Counted from the first letter of the stretch, positions 32,767-42,106 are shown. The stretch is 45,963 nucleotides of DNA from Candidatus Micrarchaeota archaeon (GCA_964458205.1 CAYWFJ010000001.1:1-45963); one strand, 5' to 3'. Numbers and translations are program-made. Notes: generated from the letters alone by a model not told the origin.

Positions 32767-34122
32767 ATGGTCGTGTCTCCTTTGGACGGGCGGTACAAAA
32801 CCCCGATGAACGCGCTTTTCGATGACGCCGCGAAGCTCCGGTCCTGGCTCGATGTCGAGGTGGCACTCGCCCGCGCCCATGCAAGGCTCGGAAGCATCCC
32901 GCCAGAGGCTGCTGACGAGATAGCCGCCGCGGCAGGCAAGGTGGAGATTTCCCGCGTTGAGGAAATAGAGGCGGAGATACACCACGACCTGATGGCGATG
33001 GTGCGCGCGCTTTCCGAGAAATGCCCAAAACACGGCGGGTACGTGCACTACGGCGCAACCTCCTATGACATAGAGGACACCGCGACCGGCATCACACTTT
33101 TTTCCGCGCTCACGCTTCTTGAGAAGCGCCTCATTGAGACAAAATCCATCCTCAAAAGGCTCGCGCTTGAGCACAAGGGCACGGTCTGCATCGCGCGCAC
33201 GCACGGCCAGCACGCGGTCCCGACCACTTACGGGATGAAATTCGCCCTCTGGCACTGCGAAGTGGAGCGCCACCTGGAGCGGATTTCGCAGGCGAAGAAG
33301 GCAATCGCGGTTGGCAAGATGGCTGGCGCGGCAGGCACCATGGCCACATTCGGCGGGAAGGGCACGGAAATCCAGTCGCTCGTGATGGAAAGCCTCGGGC
33401 TTTCGCCGGCGCCGGTCTCAAACCAGGTGGTCCAGCGCGACAGGCACGCGCAGGTGGTTTTCACAGTGGCGCTGATCGCGGCAACTCTTGAGAAAATCGC
33501 AAAGGAGATACGCAACCTCCAGCGCACCGAGATAATGGAGGTGGCTGAGCCGTTTTCCGCGAAGCAGGTCGGCTCATCGACGATGCCTCAGAAGCGGAAC
33601 CCGCACAAGTGCGAGCGCATCTGCTCGCTTGCGCGCCGCGTGCGGGGAAACGTCGCAGTGGCGCTTGAGAACATCCCGCTTGAGCACGAGCGCGACCTCA
33701 CCAATTCCGCGAACGAGCGCTTCATCTTCCCGGAAAGCTTCATACTTGCAGACTACATGCTCTCCGAAATGAACAAGGTCCTCTCAGGGTTGCATTTTTT
33801 CCCTGAAAACATCAGGCGGAACCTGGAGCTTTCAGGGGGGCTCATACTTGCCGAAAGGGTGATGATTGCGCTCACCGAAAAGGGGATGGGCAGGCAGGAG
33901 GCGCACGAGCTTCTTCGCAACTGCAGCATGGAGGCTTTCAATGGCAAAAAGCCGCTCCTTTCCGTCCTCCTGTCAAACAAAGCGGTAATAAGGCTTCTCC
34001 CCAAAACCGAGCTTGAGCGGCTTTTCGACTATTCCACATACATAGGCGAGGCGCAGGGGATAGTCGGGCGCGCAATCCAGGGCGGGGGCAAGCCTGCTTC
34101 CGCAAAGCCGCGCGGAAAATAG
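32767..34122 (+). CDS. purB: adenylosuccinate lyase
   Basis: SPLDGRY N-terminus and signature SSTMPQKRNP. ATG 32767; the alternative ATG 32707 sits about 27 nt after a TATA-like element and would give a leaderless mRNA. Confidence 0.88.
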   Translation: MVVSPLDGRYKTPMNALFDDAAKLRSWLDVEVALARAHARLGSIPPEAADEIAAAAGKVEISRVEEIEAEIHHDLMAMVRALSEKCPKHGGYVHYGATSYDIEDTATGITLFSALTLLEKRLIETKSILKRLALEHKGTVCIARTHGQHAVPTTYGMKFALWHCEVERHLERISQAKKAIAVGKMAGAAGTMATFGGKGTEIQSLVMESLGLSPAPVSNQVVQRDRHAQVVFTVALIAATLEKIAKEIRNLQRTEIMEVAEPFSAKQVGSSTMPQKRNPHKCERICSLARRVRGNVAVALENIPLEHERDLTNSANERFIFPESFILADYMLSEMNKVLSGLHFFPENIRRNLELSGGLILAERVMIALTEKGMGRQEAHELLRNCSMEAFNGKKPLLSVLLSNKAVIRLLPKTELERLFDYSTYIGEAQGIVGRAIQGGGKPASAKPRGK

Positions 34123-34149
34123 GGATAACTCCAGATAGAGGTGCAAGAT

Positions 34150-35400
34150 ATGCCAATGTCAAATATGGAAAGAACCGACCCGGAATCATACGGGATACTG
34201 AGAAGCGAGCTTGCCCGCCAGCGCGAGGGGCTGGAGCTCATCCCCTCGGAGAACTTCACCTCGCTTGCGGTCATGGAGGCGCAGGGGAGCATCTTCACCA
34301 ACAAGTATTCCGAAGGCTATCCCGGCAAGCGCTACTACGGGGGCAACCAGTTCGCGGACGCATCGGAGACGCTCGCAATCGAGCGCGCAAAGAAACTGTT
34401 CCATGCCGACCACGCAAACGTCCAGCCGCACGCGGGCTCGCAGGCCAACATGGCCGCATATTTCGCGCTTCTTTCGCCGGGCGACAAGATAATGGGGCTC
34501 AACCTCTCGCACGGCGGGCACCTCACGCACGGAAGCCCGGTGAACTTTTCCGGCAAGGGCTACAAGATAGTCCCCTATAATGTCCACCCTGTCACGCACC
34601 TTCTTGATTTCGATGCGATGGAAAAGCAGGCAAAGGAGGAGAAGCCCAACCTGATAGTGGCGGGCTTCACCGCATACCCCCGCCAGGTGGATTTCAAAAG
34701 GTTCGCTGAAATCGCCGAAGGCGTCGATGCCTACCTGATGGTGGACATGGCGCATATCGCAGGGCTAATAGCGGGCGGCGCTCACCCACAGCCCTTCCCG
34801 CACGCCGACGTGGTCACCAGCACCACGCACAAGACGCTTCGCGGCCCCAGGGGCGCAATCATCCTCTGCAGGCAGGAATACGCGCAGATGATCGACAAGG
34901 CGGTATTTCCCGGGCTCCAGGGCGGCCCGTTCGACAACGCGATTGCCGCCAGGGCGGTGTGCTTCAAGGAGGCGATGCAGCCGGAATTCTCGGTTTACGC
35001 GCACAAGGTGGTGGAGAATGCGCGCGCCCTTGCGGACTCGCTTCTTACCGAGGGCATGTCGCTCGTATCGGGCGGCACCGACACCCATCTCCTTCTCATA
35101 GACCTTTCCAACATGGGCCTGACCGGCAAGGAGGCGCAGCTTGCGCTTGAGGAGGCGAACATCACGGTGAACAAGAACACCGTCCCCTACGACAAGCAGT
35201 CCCCCTTCGTGACAAGCGGAATCCGCATGGGCACTCCTGCGCTCACCACCCGCGGGATGGGGAAGAGCGAGATGAAGGAGATAGGCGGGATGATAAAGCG
35301 CATATGCGCCTCCCCGTCCGATTCGGCGCTCAAGGCGAAGATAAGGCAGGAAATACTTGAGATGACAGGGCGCTTCCCGCTTTATCCGGAGCTTGGCTAG
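34150..35400 (+). CDS. glyA: serine hydroxymethyltransferase
   Basis: LIPSENFTS and the PLP-lysine motif TTHKTLRGPRG. ATG 34150 lies 7 nt after GAGGTG; the track start GTG is at 34141. Confidence 0.9.
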   Translation: MPMSNMERTDPESYGILRSELARQREGLELIPSENFTSLAVMEAQGSIFTNKYSEGYPGKRYYGGNQFADASETLAIERAKKLFHADHANVQPHAGSQANMAAYFALLSPGDKIMGLNLSHGGHLTHGSPVNFSGKGYKIVPYNVHPVTHLLDFDAMEKQAKEEKPNLIVAGFTAYPRQVDFKRFAEIAEGVDAYLMVDMAHIAGLIAGGAHPQPFPHADVVTSTTHKTLRGPRGAIILCRQEYAQMIDKAVFPGLQGGPFDNAIAARAVCFKEAMQPEFSVYAHKVVENARALADSLLTEGMSLVSGGTDTHLLLIDLSNMGLTGKEAQLALEEANITVNKNTVPYDKQSPFVTSGIRMGTPALTTRGMGKSEMKEIGGMIKRICASPSDSALKAKIRQEILEMTGRFPLYPELG

Positions 35401-35418
35401 GCAAGGCGGGTGGAAAAC

Positions 35419-36264
35419 ATGGGCGGCAAAATCATCGACGGGAAAAAGGCGGCGGACGCTGTTCTTGACGCGGCAGCATTGAAAGTCGGCAGGATGCGGG
35501 AAAAGCCCACCCTTTCCATAGTTCTTGTCGGCGACGACCCGGCATCGCACGTCTACACGAAAAAAAAGGGGGACGCGTGCAAAAAGGTCGGCATCGACTC
35601 AAGGATAATCAACATGCCTGCCTCATCAACGCAAGCCGAAGTGCTTGCGCAGGTGGAAAAGCTCAATTCCGACCCGGCAGTGGACGGCATACTGGTGCAG
35701 GTCCCGCTCCCGAATGGCATCGACGAGGACGCGGTGCTCTCAGCGGTTCACCCTGAAAAGGACGTGGACGGCTTCCAGCCCGAAAATTTCGGCAGGCTTT
35801 CGCTTTCCCTCCCGACAATTTCCCCCTGCACCCCCAAGGGGATAATCCATCTCCTAAAAGGCAGCGGCGTTTCCCTGCCTGGGAAGCACGCGGTGGTGAT
35901 AGGTAGGAGCCGCATAGTGGGCAAGCCGCTCGCGTTCCTCCTCCTAAACGAAGGCTGCACAGTTACAATCTGCCACAGCAAGACAAGGGACACAGGCTCA
36001 CTTTCCCGGCAGGCGGACATAGTCTGCGTTGCGGTCGGAAAGCCGCGATTCCTCAAAGGCGACATGGTGAAGGAGGGCGCAATCGTGGTTGACGCCGGCA
36101 CCAACCGCGAGGGGGACAAGCTCGTAGGCGACGTGGATTTCGAGCAGGTTGCAAAGAAAGCCTCGCTCATCACCCCGGTGCCTGGCGGAGTCGGGCCGAT
36201 GACGGTTGCCATGCTCATAGAGAACACAATCGATTGCCATATGAAAAGGGAGGGCAAGAGGTGA
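35419..36264 (+). CDS. folD: bifunctional 5,10-methylene-tetrahydrofolate dehydrogenase/cyclohydrolase
   Basis: IIDGKK, VLVGDDPASHVYTKKK, GRSRIVGKP and PVPGGVGPMT. Confidence 0.9.
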   Translation: MGGKIIDGKKAADAVLDAAALKVGRMREKPTLSIVLVGDDPASHVYTKKKGDACKKVGIDSRIINMPASSTQAEVLAQVEKLNSDPAVDGILVQVPLPNGIDEDAVLSAVHPEKDVDGFQPENFGRLSLSLPTISPCTPKGIIHLLKGSGVSLPGKHAVVIGRSRIVGKPLAFLLLNEGCTVTICHSKTRDTGSLSRQADIVCVAVGKPRFLKGDMVKEGAIVVDAGTNREGDKLVGDVDFEQVAKKASLITPVPGGVGPMTVAMLIENTIDCHMKREGKR

Positions 36265-36343
36265 TTCCCTGCCCCGTCCGATTCCTTACGGAAAAGCGCT
36301 TGCAAGAATCTACTCGCTCGACAAGTTCGGAAGCAGGCTTGGC

Positions 36344-37552
36344 TTGGAGCGGATATCCCTTATTCTTTCCATTCTTCACCATCCTGAAAAGGATTACAAA
36401 TGCATGCTAATAGCCGGAAGCAATGGCAAGGGCTCGACAGTTGAAATGCTCGGCTCCATCCTTGGCAGGGCTGGCTACAAGACAGGCACTTACTTCTCTC
36501 CCCAGGTGGAGGAATTTCCCGAGAGGATAAGAGTAGGCGGGAAGAACGCGACAAGGCGGGAAATAGCCGATGCGTATTCGCGCGTGTCAGAAGCATGCCG
36601 CGCCAACAGGATTGAAGCGACATTCTTCGAAGTGGTCACCGCAATGGCGCTCCTCATTTTCCGCGCCCGCAAGGTGGATTTTGCCGTCCTTGAGGTCGGC
36701 TTGGGCGGGCGCCTTGACGCAACAAACGCGGTCGAGCCTGCGCTCTCCATAATAACCTCGATTTCGCTCGAGCACACCGATGTACTCGGCAAAACCCTCT
36801 CGAAAATCGCAAAAGAAAAATGCGGGGTTGCAAGGAGAGGAAAGCCGCTTGTCCTGGGGCATCTGCCCCCGGAAGCCAAGCGCGCAATCTCAAAAGCCTG
36901 CAAAAAGGCTGGCGCAAAGCAGGTCTTCACGCAAGATGAAGCGAAAATAAGCAGCCTTCGGCAAGAAGGCGGCGCATATTCCTTCAAAGCCGCCTTCCGG
37001 GGCAAGGAGCATTCCATCTCCCTCCCTGCGCCTGGCAGCTTCCAGGTGAAAAACGCGCTTTGCGCGCTTTGCGCAGCCTCGCTTCTTGGGGCTGGCGGAA
37101 GCGCAATTGAAAAAGGGCTGGCGGAAGCAAAGCCCAAATTCCGCCTGGAAAAAATAGCCTCGCACCCAACCGTAATCGCGGACTGCGCGCACAATCCCGA
37201 AGCCGCAGCAGCGCTCTCAGCCGAGCTTCCGCGGCTCCTTTCCGGCAAAAAAAGCGCCCTTCTCTTCTCGGCAATGTCGGATAAGGAATACCCGCTTGCG
37301 CTTGGCACGCTTGCGCGGCATTTCAGCAAGGCTGTCCTCACCGAAGTTTCGCTTTCCCGCTCCGCGAGCCTCAAGGATTTGGGGGAGGCGGCGAAAAAAT
37401 CAGGCATATCCCCCATCTGCATACGGAGCCCGAAGAAGGCATTCGCAAAAGCGAAATCGCTTGCAGGCAAGGGGGGCATAGTGGTGGTGGCAGGCTCGAT
37501 GTACCTTCTCTCCGAGCTGTTCGGAAGGGATAAAATAAGGATTGCGCAATAG
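36344..37552 (+). CDS. folC: folylpolyglutamate synthase / dihydrofolate synthase
   Basis: Mur-ligase P-loop IAGSNGKGST. The first canonical start is TTG 36344, but FolC-like sequence continues in frame upstream to 36245 (see findings). Confidence 0.8.
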   Translation: MERISLILSILHHPEKDYKCMLIAGSNGKGSTVEMLGSILGRAGYKTGTYFSPQVEEFPERIRVGGKNATRREIADAYSRVSEACRANRIEATFFEVVTAMALLIFRARKVDFAVLEVGLGGRLDATNAVEPALSIITSISLEHTDVLGKTLSKIAKEKCGVARRGKPLVLGHLPPEAKRAISKACKKAGAKQVFTQDEAKISSLRQEGGAYSFKAAFRGKEHSISLPAPGSFQVKNALCALCAASLLGAGGSAIEKGLAEAKPKFRLEKIASHPTVIADCAHNPEAAAALSAELPRLLSGKKSALLFSAMSDKEYPLALGTLARHFSKAVLTEVSLSRSASLKDLGEAAKKSGISPICIRSPKKAFAKAKSLAGKGGIVVVAGSMYLLSELFGRDKIRIAQ

Positions 37553-37568
37553 GCATGTGGTGCGACAA

Positions 37569-38747
37569 ATGAAGGACGAACTTAGGAAAGCCATGCTCCA
37601 AAAGCGCCAGGCGCACCACCAGGAAAAGGGGCACATCAACTGCCTTGCGATATTGGACAGCTTCATCCGCCTTCCGGAGTTCAATTCATCCCGGTGCATC
37701 CTCCTTTACGCGGCAAAGGGAAGCGAAGTGCACACGGACGGAATAATAAAAAGCGCGCTTTCGCTTGGCAAAAAAGTCGCAATGCCATTGGCGATAAAAG
37801 GCGAGCGCAGGCTTGAGCTTTACGAGATAAAGTCTGAAGGCGAGCTTTCGCGCGGCGCATTCGGGATTCTTGAGCCCCCTGCCCTTCCTGAAAGGCGCGT
37901 TGACCCATCCCAAGTCGATTTGGCGGTGGTGCCCGGGGTCTCATTCGACCTTAGGGGGCACCGGCTGGGCTACGGGAAAGGCTATTACGACTCCCTTCTC
38001 CCAATGATAAAAGGGGTGAAAGTCGGGCTTGCCTACTGCGTGCAGCTTGCAGAGAGGATTCCGGATGAGCCCCACGACGTCCCGGTCGACATTTTGGTGA
38101 CCGAGGAAAAGGCAATCCGCTGCAGCCGCCCCTTTCGGATTGCGGTCCTCGCTTCAGGCAGGGGCAGCGACTTTCAGTCCATAATGGATGCCACAAAGCC
38201 CGGCGGAATCCTCTACAAGAAGGCGGAAATAGCCGCGCTTATCACCGACAACCCGCAGGCGCAGGCTATTGCGCGCGCAAAAGATGCCGGCATCCCGGTT
38301 CATGCCATCCCATGCTCTTCCCGCGAGGAGCTTGATTCGGGAATCCATAAAACGCTCGATTCGCTCTCTCCGGATTTGGCCGTCCTTGCAGGCTACATGC
38401 GGATAATCCGCGACAGCGCGCTTCTTTCAGCTTACCGCGGCCGGATGATAAACATCCATCCTTCCCTCCTTCCGAAATACCCTGGAGCGCACGCGCAGCG
38501 CGACGCATTTGAGGCAGGCGAGAAAATCTCCGGCTACACCATACATTTCGTGGACGCCTCGCTTGACGGCGGCCCTATCATCTATCAGGAAAAAGTCGAC
38601 ATATCCTCCTGCAAGAGCGCCGATGAAGCTGCCGCAAGAATACTTGAACGGGAGCACATCGGGCTCCCCCTTGCCATAAGCCTGTTTGCCGAAGGCAGGG
38701 TGGAGCTTCAAGAAGGCCGTGTTTCCATCAAGGGGGCTAATTTATAA
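37569..38747 (+). CDS. fusion protein: 5-formyltetrahydrofolate cyclo-ligase (N) + phosphoribosylglycinamide formyltransferase PurN (C)
   Basis: N-terminal half: LLYAAKGSEVHTDG...GHRLGYGKGYYD. C-terminal half from about 38133: RIAVLASGRGSDF...INIHPSLLPKYPG...GYTIHFVDASLDGGPII. Confidence 0.8.
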   Translation: MKDELRKAMLQKRQAHHQEKGHINCLAILDSFIRLPEFNSSRCILLYAAKGSEVHTDGIIKSALSLGKKVAMPLAIKGERRLELYEIKSEGELSRGAFGILEPPALPERRVDPSQVDLAVVPGVSFDLRGHRLGYGKGYYDSLLPMIKGVKVGLAYCVQLAERIPDEPHDVPVDILVTEEKAIRCSRPFRIAVLASGRGSDFQSIMDATKPGGILYKKAEIAALITDNPQAQAIARAKDAGIPVHAIPCSSREELDSGIHKTLDSLSPDLAVLAGYMRIIRDSALLSAYRGRMINIHPSLLPKYPGAHAQRDAFEAGEKISGYTIHFVDASLDGGPIIYQEKVDISSCKSADEAAARILEREHIGLPLAISLFAEGRVELQEGRVSIKGANL

Positions 38748-38776
38748 TTTTTCATAAGAATAAGTGGGGAAAATGC

Positions 38777-39406
38777 GTGGTTTTGATGCTTAACGGGCTG
38801 CTCACCTGGTTCAAAGGGTTCTTTGCCAAGAAAAAAGGCCTAAACTTGGGGCTGTATGGCAGCCCGAACGTCGGGAAAACCACTCTTGCAAACAGGATAT
38901 GCGTTGATTTATCCGGCGAGCCCATGGGCGCAGTCAGCCCCATCCCGCATGAAACGCGCGCGGTCCAGAAAAAGGACAACATGACGATAAAGCTCAATGG
39001 CGCCAGGCTCACCATGAACCTTCTTGACATGCCCGGAATTGCCGTGAAGGTGGACTACAGGGACTTTCTCGAATACGGGATAAGCAAGGAGGACGCGCAG
39101 AAGCGCGCGCGGGAGGCGACGCGCGGCGTGGTCGACGCGGTGAGGCATCTTGACAAGGTGGATGCGGCGCTTTTCATAATCGACTCGACCGAGGACCCCT
39201 ACACCCAGGTGAACATCACCATACTTGGGAACATAGAGGCGCGGAACATACCGATTCTCATAGTGGCGAACAAGATAGACCTGCCGAACGCGAACATACG
39301 CCGCGTGCGCGAGGCTTTCCCTGCTTACGACTGCGTCGAAGTATCCGCAATGACGGGCGAGAACCTCAAGGGGCTATACAAGGAAATCTCAAGCAAGCTT
39401 TCCTGA
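38777..39406 (+). CDS. small GTP-binding protein
   Basis: G1 GSPNVGKT, G3 DMPG, G4 NKID, G5 SAM. GTG 38777 or ATG 38786. Confidence 0.7.
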   Translation: MVLMLNGLLTWFKGFFAKKKGLNLGLYGSPNVGKTTLANRICVDLSGEPMGAVSPIPHETRAVQKKDNMTIKLNGARLTMNLLDMPGIAVKVDYRDFLEYGISKEDAQKRAREATRGVVDAVRHLDKVDAALFIIDSTEDPYTQVNITILGNIEARNIPILIVANKIDLPNANIRRVREAFPAYDCVEVSAMTGENLKGLYKEISSKLS

Positions 39407-39421
39407 TGCAGGGGTGGGAAC

Positions 39422-39856
39422 ATGCACAAATGCGCTCGCTGCGGCAGGGAAATAGAGAAGCTTGAGGAAGTGAATACCGGATGCCCGTGCGGCTCCAAAA
39501 TCTTCGTCTTTGACAGGGGGGTGGCCGAAGCCGCAAAGCCGGCTTGCGCGGTGCCTCCAGCCCAGGCGCGCCCGCTCGTGCAAGAGGGGGCGGCGGACGG
39601 GAAAAAGGAGGCCGGCCGAGCGCCAGACTCCTATTTTGCCCGCACCACATTCACCACGGAAGACGTTGAGAACATAAAAATCGTGTCTGAAGGCGTATTT
39701 TTGGTGGACGTGAACGCGCTTTCGAAAAGCCCGGTCGTCCTAAAGGACGATGACGGGGTCTATTTCGTGAAAATTCCATTTGAGCAGGGCAGCCACTTCT
39801 CTGCGCTTGACGAGCCGAACGGGAAATCAGCGGCGGAAAAGGAAAAGAAGGCGTAA
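39422..39856 (+). CDS. Zn-ribbon protein
   Basis: N-terminal CARCG-x14-CPCG ribbon. Starts 15 nt after the GTPase stop. The C-terminal domain is not recognisable. Confidence 0.6.
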   Translation: MHKCARCGREIEKLEEVNTGCPCGSKIFVFDRGVAEAAKPACAVPPAQARPLVQEGAADGKKEAGRAPDSYFARTTFTTEDVENIKIVSEGVFLVDVNALSKSPVVLKDDDGVYFVKIPFEQGSHFSALDEPNGKSAAEKEKKA

Positions 39857-39901
39857 ATGGCAAACGCGCCTTCAAACATCCAAAAGTATCCGGCAGCCTG
39901 C

Positions 39902-40300
39902 TCAAACATCCAGAAGTATCCTTATCGTCCAGCCCTTGCCTTCCTCTTCCTCCACCATCAATTCATGGTATGTGACCGCCTTCACCGAATCCCGCGGGCG
40001 CTTCCTCTCGCCGTATGCAATCACGCTCACAGACGGATGCCGCGCGTCGAATTCCTTCACAACCATCCTGGAGAACACCATTTCATGCGTGTCCATATGC
40101 GAGAGCAAATCAGACAGGAGGTGCACGGTCAGCTCCCCTATGTTGTGCGCGCTTGCGGAAAATTCGGCAGCCTCTTTCTCCTCGGCTTTCCCGATGACTT
40201 CGAACATAGCCTTGGCGGCATTCTGCAAAGCCTCCGGGTAGCTCTCGCCGTAGGCTTCGAACATTATGTCCGCAGTGTGCTCCAGAAAGCGATATTCCAT
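39902..40300 (-). CDS. archease (activator of the RtcB tRNA-splicing ligase)
   Basis: MEYRFLEHTADIMFEAYG...VKAVTYHEL, and the size (132 aa) is typical. Confidence 0.85.
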   Translation of the reverse strand: MEYRFLEHTADIMFEAYGESYPEALQNAAKAMFEVIGKAEEKEAAEFSASAHNIGELTVHLLSDLLSHMDTHEMVFSRMVVKEFDARHPSVSVIAYGERKRPRDSVKAVTYHELMVEEEEGKGWTIRILLDV

Positions 40301-40350
40301 GCCATCAACAAACGATACTGGAGAAGAAGGGAAGGTAAAAAAGAAAAGAC

Positions 40351-40608
40351 CTACGCTATCTCGACTTCGGTGCCTATCGCCTGGCCGGGAAGCCCCTTGT
40401 CAAAGCGCGCAAGAACCGCGCCCGAGTTGCCATGCGCCTTGCTGACCTTGCCGATTATTTCCTTGCCGGTGGTGGTCTTCCACACAATGCGCTTGCCCAC
40501 TATCCCTGCAGCGCTTGCCCGGTCGTTGACGCCGTCCACCTCCACCACATACTGGTTGGTGTATTCGGTGTGGACTCCGCGCCTGTAATTTGAGAGCCTT
40601 CCTTTCAT
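40351..40608 (-). CDS. rpl35ae: 50S ribosomal protein L35Ae (eL33)
   Basis: YRRG...GKRIVWKTTTGKEIIGKVSKAHGNSGAVLARFDKGLPGQAIG. Strong TAGGAGGT SD 6 nt upstream. Confidence 0.85.
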   Translation of the reverse strand: MKGRLSNYRRGVHTEYTNQYVVEVDGVNDRASAAGIVGKRIVWKTTTGKEIIGKVSKAHGNSGAVLARFDKGLPGQAIGTEVEIA

Positions 40609-40675
40609 CCTAAAACCTCCTAATGCGGAAAGCAGCGATTGCCGCCCGCGCCTTTTTCTATTGGGGCAAGCCTAT

Positions 40676-42106
40676 TTAAACGCTTCTGCCGCCCGCCTCT
40701 CTTGCGCAGGCGAAAGCCGCCGCAAGAAGCACGGCAAACGCGGGCAGGCACGGGATTTTTGGCATTTGCTGCTGCACTGCCTGGCCCGAAGACGCCCTGG
40801 CAAGCATTTCCTCCGCCATCCCGTTCTCAAGGGCGCCCACACTCGCATTAACGCGGGCAATGTCCGAAATTCCCACCGGCGCCGAAGTCAGGTTCGTGCG
40901 CATGCCGGTGAGGTTGGCAAGATATGCCTCCGATGTCGCATTGCCCAAAAGCCAGGCGCCGTTTTCCACTTTCCCGCCAAGCCCGTCTATCCTCAAAAGC
41001 GTGCTTTCGTATGCCGCAAGGTCGGATGCAATCCTTAGGGCGGTGGCGTTCCTTTTCGAGTAGAACTCCGCCTCCTGCCCAAGCGCCTTTTTGTAAAGCC
41101 CAAGGTCCCCATCCACCCTTATCCTTTCAGAAAGCGACTGCAGGGAGCCTATCATGCCGGCTATTTCAGTATCATTGACTTTTTTCAAAAGCGTAGCATA
41201 AGACAAGTTCAGCTTGCCAATCTCATCCGCCATGTCCAGCTTGAATTCCGCATACCTTTTCCCCCGGGTCGACAGGTACAAGTCGTTTTCCCTGCTCCTG
41301 TTGAGTATCCTCTCGGCTCGCTCCTGCTGGCTTCCCATCTCATCCATCGCAGCGCTTATCTTTGCAAGCGCCTGCCTTCCGAGGGCGATGTCGTCCGCGG
41401 AGTAGTCCACTTTCGGGCAGTATTCGTAGCACCTTTTTGTCCCATTCGCGCCGCAGCCGGCGTCCGTCCTGTTCAGGAATACGGTGTTCATGCTCATGTT
41501 GAGCGCAAGCGCGTGCATCTGGCCAAGCACTGCGTCCTTTTCCGCCACTGCCTTGGCATCGCCTGAAACCGCCTCCTGCCCGTCCGCATAGGACGCAACA
41601 AGCCCGTCGAACGCCTTGCGCCCGCTGTTCCAATCAAGCACGGCTTCCCAAAAGCCGTCCGAATAAAGCACGTTGAGGCAGTTCGGGTTCGACATGCAGG
41701 CAAGCACGCAGGTGTCCTTGTCCACGCAGTCGCGCAGCTCTATCCCGGTGAGCCTCATGCACTGCGCCTCCTCGCTTTTCGATGAATAGATATGCTCGTC
41801 CAATCCAAGCGCATAAGCCACGTTTGCGTCAAAAGCCGTGCGGTTCCTTGCGTCTTCCACCAGTATCCTTTGCATCTGCCCCTTGTCGAGGACTGCCTTG
41901 CCTGACGAAGAGTCTGCAACATACGTTTCGCTCCCTCCGGAAAGCACGAGCACAAAGCTCCCGTTTGCAAGAAGGGGCTTCACCGCCACGCTTGAGTCTG
42001 GCTCAAAAGTCGAGTTGAGGAATTTCTCAAACGGCGTCTGCGCCGCAAATGCCGCAGATGCGAGCGCAACCGAAAAGAGCGCAACTGCAAAAAGCCTGTC
42101 CATCAT
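40676..42106 (-). CDS. secreted hypothetical protein with Cys-containing head, sequon-rich helical stalk and C-terminal hydrophobic anchor
   Basis: Signal peptide MMDRLFAVALFSVALASAAFAAQ (start 42106 or 42103). C-terminal IPCLPAFAVLLAAAFACAR. Several N-x-S/T sequons (NLSY, NATA, NLTG, NLTS, NASV). Confidence 0.65.
   Translation of the reverse strand: MMDRLFAVALFSVALASAAFAAQTPFEKFLNSTFEPDSSVAVKPLLANGSFVLVLSGGSETYVADSSSGKAVLDKGQMQRILVEDARNRTAFDANVAYALGLDEHIYSSKSEEAQCMRLTGIELRDCVDKDTCVLACMSNPNCLNVLYSDGFWEAVLDWNSGRKAFDGLVASYADGQEAVSGDAKAVAEKDAVLGQMHALALNMSMNTVFLNRTDAGCGANGTKRCYEYCPKVDYSADDIALGRQALAKISAAMDEMGSQQERAERILNRSRENDLYLSTRGKRYAEFKLDMADEIGKLNLSYATLLKKVNDTEIAGMIGSLQSLSERIRVDGDLGLYKKALGQEAEFYSKRNATALRIASDLAAYESTLLRIDGLGGKVENGAWLLGNATSEAYLANLTGMRTNLTSAPVGISDIARVNASVGALENGMAEEMLARASSGQAVQQQMPKIPCLPAFAVLLAAAFACAREAGGRSV

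Noticed and set aside
39857-40588. 243-aa plus-strand ORF
   Set aside because: It is antisense to archease and ribosomal protein L35Ae, both of which have clear family signatures.
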